Positions 1-10,768 of a stretch of DNA of 64,000 nucleotides are shown piece after piece; the stretch's first letter is position 1, and each line of letters starts with the position of its first letter. The DNA is from an uncultured Acidobacteriota bacterium. Lineage in GTDB: Bacteria > Acidobacteriota > Thermoanaerobaculia > Multivoradales > SZUA-115. A program made the position numbers and the translations under genes. The notes below the pieces were generated by a model. The model had not been told where the DNA came from. It saw only the letters and a list, made by a program, of their open reading frames with translations, and made no database searches. The stretch covers positions 1,056,001-1,120,000 of the forward strand of contig CAWDVR010000002.1 of NCBI GenBank assembly GCA_963805975.1. Direction: 5' to 3'.

Positions 1-970
<970 letters not shown>

Positions 971-974
<4 letters not shown>

Positions 975-2356
975 CGCGCGATCTCCTCTTCGGCCAGCGC
1001 CTCGGCCAGAGCGTCGTCGAGCCACCGGATCTCGCCGGCCGGCGCGGCTGCCGCCGGCTTCCCTGTGGGCTCTAGCGCCGCGAACAGGTCCTCGTCGCAG
1101 GCGGCGAGGAAGCTCCGCACCGCGTCCATGCCCTGCTCGGCGGCGAGACCCTTGAGGCCCAGGGTCGGAAGGTGGGCGAAGCGGCGGGCGAGAGTCTCGG
1201 CCCAGCGCTCGAGATCGTCACGGCTCTCTCCTTCGAGGACCAGGCCCTGCTTCCTGAGCAGCCGTTCGACCCCCTCGAGCGCGGTCTCGCGGAAGCGGCG
1301 GTTGATGCGGGCGATCACCGGGGCGAGCGCGCGTTCGGCGAGCCGGCGCTTGAGGCTCGAAAGCGCCGTCTCGACCACCTCGCGGGCGGCGGCAGCCTCC
1401 GCCAGCCGGGCCTCGTGCCCCTGGCGGGCGATCCCGCTCACGTCGTCGATGCCGACCCGCTGGACCCCCACCTCGTCGGCCACCCGCGGGTCGACGTCGG
1501 GCGGCACGGCCAGGTCGACGACGAGCGGCGGCTCCTGGCTCTCGGTGCGGGCCGCGAGGCGCTCCAGGGCGGCGCGGTCCAGCACCGGCTCCGATGCGCC
1601 GGTGGCGCAGAGCACCGCCTCCACTCGGGGCGGGCGCTCGCGGAGCTCCTCGAGCGCCAGGCACTCGCCGGCGCCCACCTCCGCCACCAGCGCCTCGGCG
1701 TGGGCCAGCGTGCGGTTGACCACCACGAACGGCACGCGCTCGCGCCGCAGGATCTCGGCCGCGCGGCGGATCATCGGCGAGACCCCCACCAGGGCCACCG
1801 GCGAGGGCGTGCGGCGCACCCGTTCGAGCAGGAGCTCGCCCGCGATCTCGGCGAGCGACACGCGCCCGCGGCCGAGCTGGGTGGTGAGATGAACCTGCCG
1901 GGCCACCTTGAGCGCCTCTTCGAGCAGCACGCCCAGCATGCCGCCCGCGGTGCCGGCCTGCCGCGCCTGGGCGAGGGCCTCGCGCATCTGCCCCTGGATC
2001 TCGCGCTCGCCCAAGAGCGCCGAGTCCAGCCCCGAGGCCATCTCGAAGAGATGTCGAACGGCGGGCTCCCCCACTTGGCAGGAGAGCAGGCTTTCAGCCT
2101 CTCCCGGCCCGGCTTCCCGGCCGGCGAGGGCAAAGAACAGCCGCCTCCGAAGGTCCTCGGCCCTCGGCGCTTCTGGGCCAGCCACGATCACCTCGACCCG
2201 GTTGCAGGTGGCGAGATAGACCAACTCGGGCACGCCCAGAGCCGCCGCCAGGTCGCCCATGCGGCGCGCGCGGTCCTCACGGGGAATTGTCAGCCGGGCC
2301 AGCTCCGCCGCCCCGTGCTCGCGCCCCGAGATGCCAATGACGCCGATCGATTCCAT
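971..2356 (-). CDS. hemA: Glutamyl-tRNA reductase
   Basis: LATCNRVE catalytic Cys motif, [29 protein letters not shown]; translationally coupled to hemL. Confidence 0.93.
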
Positions 2357-2495
2357 GGGCGGTCATCTTCGCACGCTCCCCAAGGGTCTAGCACCAGGCA
2401 AAGACCTTGTGCCATGATTGCTGCCAACAGAGCAGACGAAGCATGGGGCCCGAGCGAGCCGGTGGGGCGGAATCCCGGTGGGTCCAATCAGGGAC

Positions 2496-4049
2496 ATGGG
2501 TCAGTCGCCCACCACGGCGCCGAGCGAGGGCATGAGCGGAACGCACGACGAAAGCGGTCCGATCGCGGGCCGAACCAGCCAGACGGCCGAGATCTCGGCC
2601 GATCTGGCTTCCCCCGACCTTCTCGACCCGGTTGACCACCGCGCGCCGCTGATTCTCGGCGCGCCGACCTTCCACGCCATCACCGAGGCGGTAGCGCGGC
2701 CGCTCGAGCGGCCGCCCACGCGCGGCTGGTGGATCTGCTTCCTCACCTCCCTCTCGATGCTGGGCCTTCTGGGCGTCGCCATCGCCTGGCTGTTCTGGGA
2801 GGGGATCGGCGTCTGGGGCCTCAACAACCCCGTCGGCTGGGCGTTCGACATCACCAACTTCGTGTTCTGGGTGGGCATCGGCCACGCCGGCACGCTGATC
2901 TCGGCGATCCTCTTCCTCTTCCGCCAGAAGTGGCGGACCTCGATCAACCGCTCCGCGGAGGCGATGACCATCTTCGCGGTGATGTGCGCATTGATCTTCC
3001 CCGGCATCCACGTCGGCCGGCCCTGGGTGGCGTACTGGATGTCGCCGCTTCCCAACCAGATGGACATGTGGCCGCAGTTCAGAAGCCCGCTGATGTGGGA
3101 CGTCTTCGCGGTCTCGATCTACGGCTCGGTCTCGGCGCTGTTCTGGTTCGTGGGCCTGGTGCCGGACCTGGCCACCATCCGCGACCGCTCGACCGGCCTG
3201 CGGCGCAAGATCTTCGGCGCGCTGGCCCTGGGCTGGCGCAGCTCGGTGCGCCACTGGCAGCACTACGAGAAGGCGTACCTGGTCCTCGCCGGGCTGGCGA
3301 CGCCGCTGGTGCTCTCGGTCCACTCCATCGTGTCGATGGACTTCGCGACCTCCCAGCTCCCCGGCTGGCACACCACCATCTTCCCGCCCTACTTCGTCGC
3401 CGGCGCCATCTTCTCGGGCTTCGCGATGGTGGTGACGCTGATGGTGATCACGCGCAAGGTGTTCGGCCTCGAGCAGGTGATCACCATGAAGCACTTCGAC
3501 TACATGGCCAAGATCATGCTCGTCACCGGCATGATGGTGGGCTACGCCTACAGCCTGGAGTTCTTCATCGCCTGGTTCTCGGGCAGCGCCTACGAGCTGT
3601 TCACGTTCAAGAACCGCGCCTTCGGGCCCTATGCCTGGGCCTACTGGACGATGGTCTCCTGCAACGTGCTCTCGCCGCAGCTCTTCTGGTTCAAGAAGGT
3701 GCGCTCGTCCCTGCTGTGGCTGTTCGTGCTCTCGATCTTCGTCAACGTCGGCATGTGGTTCGAGCGCTTCGTGATCATCGTCACCTCGCTGCACCGGGAC
3801 TTCCTGCCGTCCTCCTGGTTCTACTTCACGCCGACGTTCTTCGACATCGCGACGATGATCGGCAGCTTCGGCCTGTTCTTCACCATGTTCTGCCTCTTCG
3901 TGCGCTTCCTGCCGATCGTCGCCACCGCCGAGGTGAAGACGGTGCTGCCACAGGCGGCGGCGCATCCGCTGGTGGCGCCGAGGATCGAGCACGACGAGCC
4001 TGCCGTCGTCGGCCGGCGTTCGGATCTCGCCCGAGGAGAAGCCGGCTGA
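2496..4049 (+). CDS. actC: ACIII quinol-oxidising membrane subunit ActC (NrfD/PsrC family), copy 1; start uncertain (2418/2496/2532)
   Basis: [75 protein letters not shown]. Confidence 0.93.
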   Translation: MGQSPTTAPSEGMSGTHDESGPIAGRTSQTAEISADLASPDLLDPVDHRAPLILGAPTFHAITEAVARPLERPPTRGWWICFLTSLSMLGLLGVAIAWLFWEGIGVWGLNNPVGWAFDITNFVFWVGIGHAGTLISAILFLFRQKWRTSINRSAEAMTIFAVMCALIFPGIHVGRPWVAYWMSPLPNQMDMWPQFRSPLMWDVFAVSIYGSVSALFWFVGLVPDLATIRDRSTGLRRKIFGALALGWRSSVRHWQHYEKAYLVLAGLATPLVLSVHSIVSMDFATSQLPGWHTTIFPPYFVAGAIFSGFAMVVTLMVITRKVFGLEQVITMKHFDYMAKIMLVTGMMVGYAYSLEFFIAWFSGSAYELFTFKNRAFGPYAWAYWTMVSCNVLSPQLFWFKKVRSSLLWLFVLSIFVNVGMWFERFVIIVTSLHRDFLPSSWFYFTPTFFDIATMIGSFGLFFTMFCLFVRFLPIVATAEVKTVLPQAAAHPLVAPRIEHDEPAVVGRRSDLARGEAG

Positions 4050-4606
4050 TGGCCCTGTTGCGGCCCAGCCTGCCGGCCGGCGACCGCTTCGGCGCTCTCG
4101 CCGAGTACGCCTCGCCCGCGGCGCTCTACCATGCCTGCGAGGCGGTGCGCGACGCCGGCTACACGCGCTGGGACGCGCACACGCCGTTCCCCGTGCACGG
4201 GCTGGACCGGGCCATGGGCCTCAAGGCCTCGCGCCTCCCTTGGGTGTCGCTCGTCCTGGCGCTCGGCGGCGGCCTGGCCGGCATGGGCCTCCAGGGCTGG
4301 GTGAGCACGACCGCCTACCCGCTGGTGATCAGCGGCAAGCCGTTCTTCAGCTGGCCGGCGTTCGTTCCCGTGACCTTCGAGCTGGCGGTGCTCGGCGGCG
4401 CCCTGGGCGCGGTGTTCGGCATGTTCGCCATGAACCAGTTGCCTACCCTGTACCACCCGCTCTTCGGCAGCGCGAGCTTCGAGCGGGCGAGTGACGACGG
4501 CTTCTTCATCTCGATCGAGTCCTGGGACCCCCAGTTCGACGCCGACCGGACGGTCGAGTTCCTGCGCCGCCTGGGAGCCACCCAGGTCGAGCTGGTCGCG
4601 AGCTAG
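4049..4606 (+). CDS. actD: ACIII subunit ActD (DUF3341), copy 1
   Basis: ATG overlaps the actC stop; DAHTPFPVHGLDRAMG, YPLVISGKPFFSWPAFVPVTFEL; two TM helices. Confidence 0.9.
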   Translation: MALLRPSLPAGDRFGALAEYASPAALYHACEAVRDAGYTRWDAHTPFPVHGLDRAMGLKASRLPWVSLVLALGGGLAGMGLQGWVSTTAYPLVISGKPFFSWPAFVPVTFELAVLGGALGAVFGMFAMNQLPTLYHPLFGSASFERASDDGFFISIESWDPQFDADRTVEFLRRLGATQVELVAS

Positions 4607-4618
4607 GCGAGCCTCCCG

Positions 4619-5845
4619 ATGAGCGATCACGGCCACCACCCGCACCCGCCCGTGCTGCGCGCCTCGTCGCTGTGGCTGCCGCCGGACCATGCCTGGCGTC
4701 GCCTGCCGAAGCTCGGCCTGGTGCTGGCGGTGCTGGGGCTCGGCGGCAGCCTGGCTCTCGGGCTCCTCTCCCACGACGGGCGGCACCAGCTCTGGCACTC
4801 CTGGCTCGTGGGCTCGCTCTTCGTGCTCTCCGTGGCCCTGGGCGGCCTCTTCTTCGTGCTCGTCCACCACGCCACGCAGGCGGGTTGGAGCGTGGTAGTG
4901 CGGCGGATCGCCGAGAACGCCATGGCCACGCTGCCCTTCCTGGCGCTGCTGTTCGTGCCACTGCTCTTTGGCATGCACGACCTCTTTCACTGGAGCCATG
5001 CCGACGCGGTGGCCGCGGACCCGTTGCTCGCCCACAAACGGCCCTACCTCAACGTGCCGTTCTTCCTGATCCGCACCCTGGCCTACTTCGGCATCTGGTC
5101 GTTTCTGGCGATCTGGTTCGGCCGGCTGTCCCGGCTCCAGGATCAGACCGGCGACCACGAGCTCACCCGGCGGATGCGGCGGGCGAGCGCGCCGGGGCTG
5201 CTGCTCTTCGCCATCAGCGTGACCTTCTTCGCCTTCGATTGGGTGATGTCGCTCGACCCCCACTGGTACTCGACGATCTTCGGGGTCTACTTCTTCGCCG
5301 GCTCGACGGTCGCCTTCTTCGCCTTCCTGGCACTGGTGGCTCTCGGCCAGCGGCACATGCTCGCCCGGGTGCTGAACGCCGAGCACCTGCACGACATCGG
5401 CAAGCTGCTCTTCGCCTTCGTCGCCTTCTGGGCCTACATGGCGTTCTCCCAGTACCTGCTCATCTGGTACGCCAACCTTCCGGAGGAGACCGGCTTCTTC
5501 GCCCAGCGTCTGAACGGCTCGTGGCGGCCGGCGAGCGCGGTGCTCGCCCTCGGGCATTTCGTGGTGCCGTTCTTCTTCCTCCTGCCGCGCACCACCAAGC
5601 GCCACACCACCGCTCTGGCCGCGGCCTCGGTGTGGCTGCTGGTGATGCACTTGCTCGACCTCTACTGGCTGGTGATGCCGAGCCTCCATGCGGACGGTAT
5701 GGCGCCGAGCTTGCTCGATCTCGCGACGCTGATAGGCTGTGGCGGTGTCTTTCTGGCGGCTTTCGGTTGGTCCCAGAGCCGTCAGGCCTTGGTGCCGTTG
5801 CGCGACCCGCGTCTTCCGGAGTCGCTCACCTTCGAGAACGTTTGA
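4619..5845 (+). CDS. actF: ACIII membrane subunit ActF, copy 1
   Basis: AGWSVVVRRIAE, KRPYLNVPFF, DWVMSLDPHWYSTIFG, FSQYLLIWYANLPEET. Confidence 0.9.
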   Translation: MSDHGHHPHPPVLRASSLWLPPDHAWRRLPKLGLVLAVLGLGGSLALGLLSHDGRHQLWHSWLVGSLFVLSVALGGLFFVLVHHATQAGWSVVVRRIAENAMATLPFLALLFVPLLFGMHDLFHWSHADAVAADPLLAHKRPYLNVPFFLIRTLAYFGIWSFLAIWFGRLSRLQDQTGDHELTRRMRRASAPGLLLFAISVTFFAFDWVMSLDPHWYSTIFGVYFFAGSTVAFFAFLALVALGQRHMLARVLNAEHLHDIGKLLFAFVAFWAYMAFSQYLLIWYANLPEETGFFAQRLNGSWRPASAVLALGHFVVPFFFLLPRTTKRHTTALAAASVWLLVMHLLDLYWLVMPSLHADGMAPSLLDLATLIGCGGVFLAAFGWSQSRQALVPLRDPRLPESLTFENV

Positions 5846-5909
5846 GGAAGCCACAGCAATGTCCCACACCCACCACCATCAGATCTTGCCCACGCGGAGG
5901 AGCTCCACG

Positions 5910-6625
5910 ATGTCCAAGCACCTCAAGTCCCTGGCGGGCACCGGCCTAGCCTTTGCCCTCGCCCTCGCCACCAGCCCTGTCTTCGCCGCCGGCATCACCG
6001 GCACCGTCACCTACACCGGGAAGGTACCCACCCTGAAACCCCTCGCCATGGACGCCGACCCGGGCTGTGCCGCCAAGCACTCCGGCCCGGTGCCGAGCGA
6101 GGTGCTGGTGCTCGGTTCGGGCAACACCATGGCCAACGTCATGGTGCGGGTCAAGAACGCTCCCGCGGGCGGCACCGCCCCGTCGACGCCGGCGGTGATC
6201 GACCAGAAGGGCTGCCAGTACTCCCCGCACGTCCTCGGGATCATGGTCAACCAGACCTTGAAGCTCAAGAACTCCGACGGCGTGCTGCACAACGTCCACG
6301 CCCTGCCCAAGGTCAACACGCCCTTCAACATGGCGATGCCGGCCAACCGCACTCGAGGCGGACACCAAGTTCGGCAAGGAAGAGGGCATGTTCCTCGTCA
6401 AGTGCGACGTCCATCGGCTGGATGACCGCCTACGTCGGCGTGTTCTCGAACCCCTTCTTCGCGGTCTCGGGCAAGGACGGCAAGTTCTCGATCCCGAGCC
6501 TGCCGCCGGGCACCTACGAGCTCGAGGCCTGGCACGAGAAGCTCGGCGTCAAGACCGCCAGCGTGACGGTCACCGCGGACAAGCCGGCGACCGCCAACTT
6601 CGCGTTCGCCGCGCCGGGCGGCTGA
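5910..6625 (+). CDS. Exported cupredoxin-like protein with a C-terminal carboxypeptidase-regulatory-like (Ig) domain; two apparent +1 frameshifts near 6353 and 6415
   Basis: GGAGG RBS and signal peptide; DQKGCQYSPHV, NSDGVLHNVH; rejoined frames give KCDVH(G)WM then LPPGTYELEAWHEKLG. Confidence 0.75.
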
Positions 6626-6666
6626 GCGCGGCCCGAACCGTAACCGCCGTCTAGCCCGGGGAGACC

Positions 6667-8466
6667 ATGGCCACCACCGCGACCCAAGCACCAGCCCACT
6701 CCCACCACGGGAGTGGGCACCACGACGCTGCGCACGAGCACGCCCATCCCGACCTGGGCTTCTGGCGCAAGTACGTGTTCTCGACCGACCACAAGGTCAT
6801 CGGCATCTGGTATGCGGTGACCGGCCTGCTGTTCCTGTTCTTCGGCTTCTGCCTGGTGATGCTGATGCGCTGGCAGCTCGCCTTCCCCGGGCGGGCGCTG
6901 CCGATCATCGGCAACCTGCTCGGCGAGGCCCGCATGCCGGGCGGCGCCATGCTGCCCGAGTTCTACAACGAGCTCGGCGCCATGCACGGCACGATCATGG
7001 TGTTCCTCGGGGTCGTGCCGCTGGCGGTCGGCGGTTTCGGCAACTTCGTGCTGCCGCTCCAGATCGGCGCCCCCGACATGGCGTTCCCGAAGATCAACCT
7101 GGCGAGCTACTGGTCGTACTTCCTGGGCGGCGTGACCATGCTGGCGAGCTTCTTCGTGCCCGGCGGCGCGGCGCAGTCCGGCTGGACGTCGTACGCGCCG
7201 CTCTCGGTGATCGCCGGTGAAGGCCAGACGATGTGGCTCATCGGCATGATCTTCCTCATCACTTCCTCGCTGCTCGGCTCGATCAACTTCATCGTCACTA
7301 CGGTCCAGCTCAGAGCGCCCGGCCTCTCCTACTTCCGGCTCCCGTTCTTCGTCTGGGCGCAGCTCGTCACCTCGTTCCTTCTGCTCCTCGCCTTCCCGCC
7401 GCTCGAGGCCGCCGGCATCCTGCAGCTGATGGACCGGCTGGCCGGGTCCAGCTTCTTCATGCCCAGCGGCCTGGTGGTCTCCGGCCAGATAGCGGCCTAC
7501 ACCGGCGGCGGCAACCCGATCCTGTGGCAGCACCTGTTCTGGTTCCTCGCCCACCCCGAGGTCTACGTGCTGATCCTGCCGGCTTTCGGGATCGTGGCGG
7601 AAGTGATGGCCAACAACACCCGGAAACCGCTCTTCGGCTACAAGATCATGGTGCACTCGTTGTGGTTCCTGGGCTTCATGTCGTTCATCGTCTGGGCGCA
7701 CCACATGTTCTTCACCGGCATGGGCACGACGATGGCGGCCTTCTTCCAGACCACCACGATGATCATCTCGATCCCCTCGGTGGCGCTCCTGACCTCGCTC
7801 CTCATCTCGCTCTGGGGCGGCTCGATCCGGTTCAACACGCCGATGCTCTTCGCGCTCGCCTTCCTGCCGATGTTCGGCATCGGCGGCCTGACCGGCCTGC
7901 CGCTGGGCCTCTCGGCCGCGGACATCCCGCTCCACGACACCTACTACGTGATCGGGCACTTCCACTACGTGGTGGCGCCGGGCACCCTCTTCGCGCTCTT
8001 CGCCGGCATCTACTACTGGTTCCCCAAGGCCACCGGACGGATGATGAGCGAGCGCCTGGGCAAGCTCCACTTCTGGCCTTCGCTGATCTTCATCAACGGC
8101 ATCTTCATGCCGATGTTCATCCAGGGCCTGGCGGGAGTGTCGCGCCGCCTGTACGACGGCGGCGCCTCGTACGACTTCGCGCAAGAGGTGAGCCACTGGA
8201 ACGTGTTCATGTCCTACTCGGCCTGGGGCCTGGCGATCGCCCAGATCCCGTTCATCATCAACTTCTTCTGGAGCATCAAGCGCGGCCAGAAGGTGGGCGA
8301 CAACCCCTGGAACGCCACGACCATCGAGTGGGCGGCCCCGTCGCCGCCGCCGCACGGCAACTTCCTCACGCCGCCCGAAGCACACCGCGGCCCGTACGAG
8401 TACAGCGTGCCCGGACAGCCGCTCGACTACTCACCGCAGTACCAATCGGAACAACGGGCGAGCTGA
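6667..8466 (+). CDS. coxA: Haem-copper oxygen reductase subunit I, A1-like, with the K-channel Lys replaced by Leu
   Basis: TDHKVIG, MHGTIM, GNF..GAPDMAFPKIN, FWFLAHPEVY, WAHHMF, HDTYYVIGHFHY, GVSRR. Confidence 0.95.
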   Translation: MATTATQAPAHSHHGSGHHDAAHEHAHPDLGFWRKYVFSTDHKVIGIWYAVTGLLFLFFGFCLVMLMRWQLAFPGRALPIIGNLLGEARMPGGAMLPEFYNELGAMHGTIMVFLGVVPLAVGGFGNFVLPLQIGAPDMAFPKINLASYWSYFLGGVTMLASFFVPGGAAQSGWTSYAPLSVIAGEGQTMWLIGMIFLITSSLLGSINFIVTTVQLRAPGLSYFRLPFFVWAQLVTSFLLLLAFPPLEAAGILQLMDRLAGSSFFMPSGLVVSGQIAAYTGGGNPILWQHLFWFLAHPEVYVLILPAFGIVAEVMANNTRKPLFGYKIMVHSLWFLGFMSFIVWAHHMFFTGMGTTMAAFFQTTTMIISIPSVALLTSLLISLWGGSIRFNTPMLFALAFLPMFGIGGLTGLPLGLSAADIPLHDTYYVIGHFHYVVAPGTLFALFAGIYYWFPKATGRMMSERLGKLHFWPSLIFINGIFMPMFIQGLAGVSRRLYDGGASYDFAQEVSHWNVFMSYSAWGLAIAQIPFIINFFWSIKRGQKVGDNPWNATTIEWAAPSPPPHGNFLTPPEAHRGPYEYSVPGQPLDYSPQYQSEQRAS

Positions 8467-8475
8467 GGCCAGGCC

Positions 8476-9066
8476 ATGGAAATCCCCTACACCGTCGCGG
8501 AGCGGCCCGACACGGGCCTGAACAACGGCAAGATCGGCATCTGGCTGTTCCTCGCCTCGGAGGTCATGCTCTTCGGGGCGCTGTTTGCGACCTACCTGAT
8601 CATGCGCATCGGCGCCGAGACCTGGCCCCGCGGCGACTCGATCCTCAACGTGCCGCTCGCCACCATCAACACCGCCGTGCTGATCACCTCGAGCGTCACC
8701 ATGGTCATGGCCTGGGCGTCGCTCAAGCGCCACGACTTCGGTAAGTTCCGCCTGTTCATGGGCCTCACGGTACTGGCCGGCTTCGGCTTCCTGCTGATCA
8801 AGTACTTCGAGTACTCGGCCAAGCTCCACCATGGCCTGCTGCCCTCGACCAACACCTTCCTGGCGATCTACTTCACGCTCACCGGCCTGCACGGCCTGCA
8901 CGTCATCGGCGGCATGGTGGTCAACGGCTACCTCTGGGGCCCCGGCTCCAAGCTCTGGAAGACCAACCCCGAGCACTTCACCAACCGGGTGGAGAACTCG
9001 GGGCTGTTCTGGCATTTCGTCGACCTGGTGTGGATCTTCCTGTTCCCGGTCCTCTATCTTCTCTAG
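8476..9066 (+). CDS. coxC: Haem-copper oxidase subunit III
   Basis: GIWLFLASEVMLFGALF, NTAVLITSS, TGLHGLHV, FWHFVDLVWIFLFP. Confidence 0.93.
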   Translation: MEIPYTVAERPDTGLNNGKIGIWLFLASEVMLFGALFATYLIMRIGAETWPRGDSILNVPLATINTAVLITSSVTMVMAWASLKRHDFGKFRLFMGLTVLAGFGFLLIKYFEYSAKLHHGLLPSTNTFLAIYFTLTGLHGLHVIGGMVVNGYLWGPGSKLWKTNPEHFTNRVENSGLFWHFVDLVWIFLFPVLYLL

Positions 9067-9096
9067 ACAGCGGGCAAGCACGTAGGAGCCGTCGCC

Positions 9097-9394
9097 ATGG
9101 ACCACCACGCTGACCTCGACCGCCACGTCAAGACCTACATCCTCGTCTTCGTGACCCTGCTGGTTCTGACGATCGTCACTGTCGCCGTGGCGCGGCTGCA
9201 CCTGCCCGTCGCCGGCGCGGTGGCGGTGGCGCTGATCGTGGCCTCGATCAAGGGCGACGCTGGTCGCCGGCTTCTTCATGCACCTCCTCCACGAGCGCAA
9301 GCTCATCTACTGGGTGCTCGGGTTCACCGTGGCCTTCTTCCTCGCAGTGCTGCTGATGCCACTCTGGACGCACTTCGATCCGATCACCAATTGA
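9097..9394 (+). CDS. coxD: Haem-copper oxidase subunit IV (one extra G near 9252)
   Basis: YILVFVTLLVLTIVTV..IVASIK continues after the frameshift as ATLVAGFFMHL; three TM helices. Confidence 0.8.
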
Positions 9395-9404
9395 GGGGCT
9401 TCCC

Positions 9405-9602
9405 ATGAACCTCAAGAGCTTCCACGTCGTCTTCATCGTCTGCGCGATCGCCCTCGCCTACCTGCTCGGCGCCTGGGTCCTCCAGAGCCCGGCGCTCACC
9501 GGGGCGCCGCGGCTCGCGGCCGCGGCCGGTGCGTTCGGCGCGGGCCTGGCGCTGGTCGCCTACGGGGCTTGGTTCCTGCGCTATTCCCGGAGACGAGGAT
9601 GA
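9405..9602 (+). CDS. Small 2-TM membrane protein
   Basis: MNLKSFHVVFI..., two hydrophobic helices and a basic C-terminus; tightly packed in the operon. Confidence 0.65.
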   Translation: MNLKSFHVVFIVCAIALAYLLGAWVLQSPALTGAPRLAAAAGAFGAGLALVAYGAWFLRYSRRRG

Positions 9603-9886
9603 GCGGGCGGCTGCGCCCGCTGGCGCTCCCTGCCGGCGCGCTGCTGGCCGCTGCGCTCTGGGCGGTGCCGGCGATCGCGTGCACCGTGTGCTACGGCGCT
9701 GACGCCAACGCCTCGCCGCTCCTCACCGCCGCAAGGCTGGGGGTCTTCCTGCTCCTCGGGATCACCGTCGCGTTGCTCGGCGGCTTCGCGAGATTCTTCT
9801 TCTATCTGCGCAACCGTGCCCGGCAAGTCGAGAGCGAGAGCATCGCCGCGGAGTGGGCGCAACTGCAACGGAGTGCCTCGTCATGA
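9599..9886 (+). CDS. Small membrane protein with an exported CxxC (ACTVCYG)
   Basis: ATGA overlaps at both ends; signal-like segment, then CTVC, then a TM helix. Confidence 0.65.
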   Translation: MSGRLRPLALPAGALLAAALWAVPAIACTVCYGADANASPLLTAARLGVFLLLGITVALLGGFARFFFYLRNRARQVESESIAAEWAQLQRSASS

Positions 9887-10683
9887 CCAGTTGGCTACCC
9901 CCGATCGCCTCGGAGCACGGCCCCCAGATCGACAGCGCCCTCACCTGGGTTCACTGGCTGATGCTGGTGCTCTTCGTCGGCTGGATCATCTTCTTCGTCG
10001 TCGCCCTCTGGCGGTTCCGGCGCTCGGCGAACCCGGTGGCGAGCTATACCGGCGCCACCAGCCACGCCTCGAGCTGGCTCGAAGGCGGGGTGGCGGTGGC
10101 CGAGGCCATCCTCCTGATCGGGCTCTCGATCCCGCTCTGGGCGGACCGCGTGGCCGAGTTCCCGCCGGAGAGCGAGTCCGTGGTGGTGCGCGTGGTGGGC
10201 GAGCAGTTCGCCTGGAACGTGCACTACCCCGGCCCTGACGGCACGTTCGGCCGCACGGCGATCGACAAGATCGACGTCCAGAGCAATCCCCTGGGCCTCG
10301 ACCGGACCGACCTCGCGGCCCAGGACGACGTCACGACGGTGAACCAGCTCTACCTGCCGGTGGGTAAGCCGGTGATCGTCCACTTGAGCAGCAAGGACGT
10401 CATCCACAGCTTCGGCCTCCCGGAGATGCGCATCAAGCAGGACGCCGTGCCGGGCATCGTCATCCCGGTCTGGTGGAAGCCCACCGTCACCACCGCCGAG
10501 ATGCGCCAGCGCCTGGGCAAGCCCGAGTTCGTCTACGAGATCGCCTGCGCCCAGCTCTGCGGTATCAGCCACGCCAGCATGCGAGGCTTCGTCACCATCC
10601 AGGAGCCGGCCGAGTTCCAGGCCTGGATGGACGAGCAAGTGGCGGCCCAAGCCTCGACCGGGGAAGACGCGATCTGGGAGTAG
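9883..10683 (+). CDS. coxB: Haem-copper oxidase subunit II (CuA), no fused cytochrome c
   Basis: Two TM helices, GEQFAWNVHYPG, SKDVIHSF, KQDAVPG, CuA motif CAQLCGISHASM. Confidence 0.92.
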   Translation: MTSWLPPIASEHGPQIDSALTWVHWLMLVLFVGWIIFFVVALWRFRRSANPVASYTGATSHASSWLEGGVAVAEAILLIGLSIPLWADRVAEFPPESESVVVRVVGEQFAWNVHYPGPDGTFGRTAIDKIDVQSNPLGLDRTDLAAQDDVTTVNQLYLPVGKPVIVHLSSKDVIHSFGLPEMRIKQDAVPGIVIPVWWKPTVTTAEMRQRLGKPEFVYEIACAQLCGISHASMRGFVTIQEPAEFQAWMDEQVAAQASTGEDAIWE

Positions 10684-10768
10684 GGGCACAGCTGGCGAAC
10701 CTACCGCTTCTGCTGCTCCTTGGCCTTCTGGCTTCCTCACCTGTAGCCGGCCTAGTTTCTCTCCCAGC

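Noticed and set aside
6667-8466. Nitric oxide reductase call for the K-less subunit I
   Set aside because: It keeps the HPEVY Tyr and an A-family D-channel and lacks the NOR Glu pattern; NO activity remains only a hypothesis.
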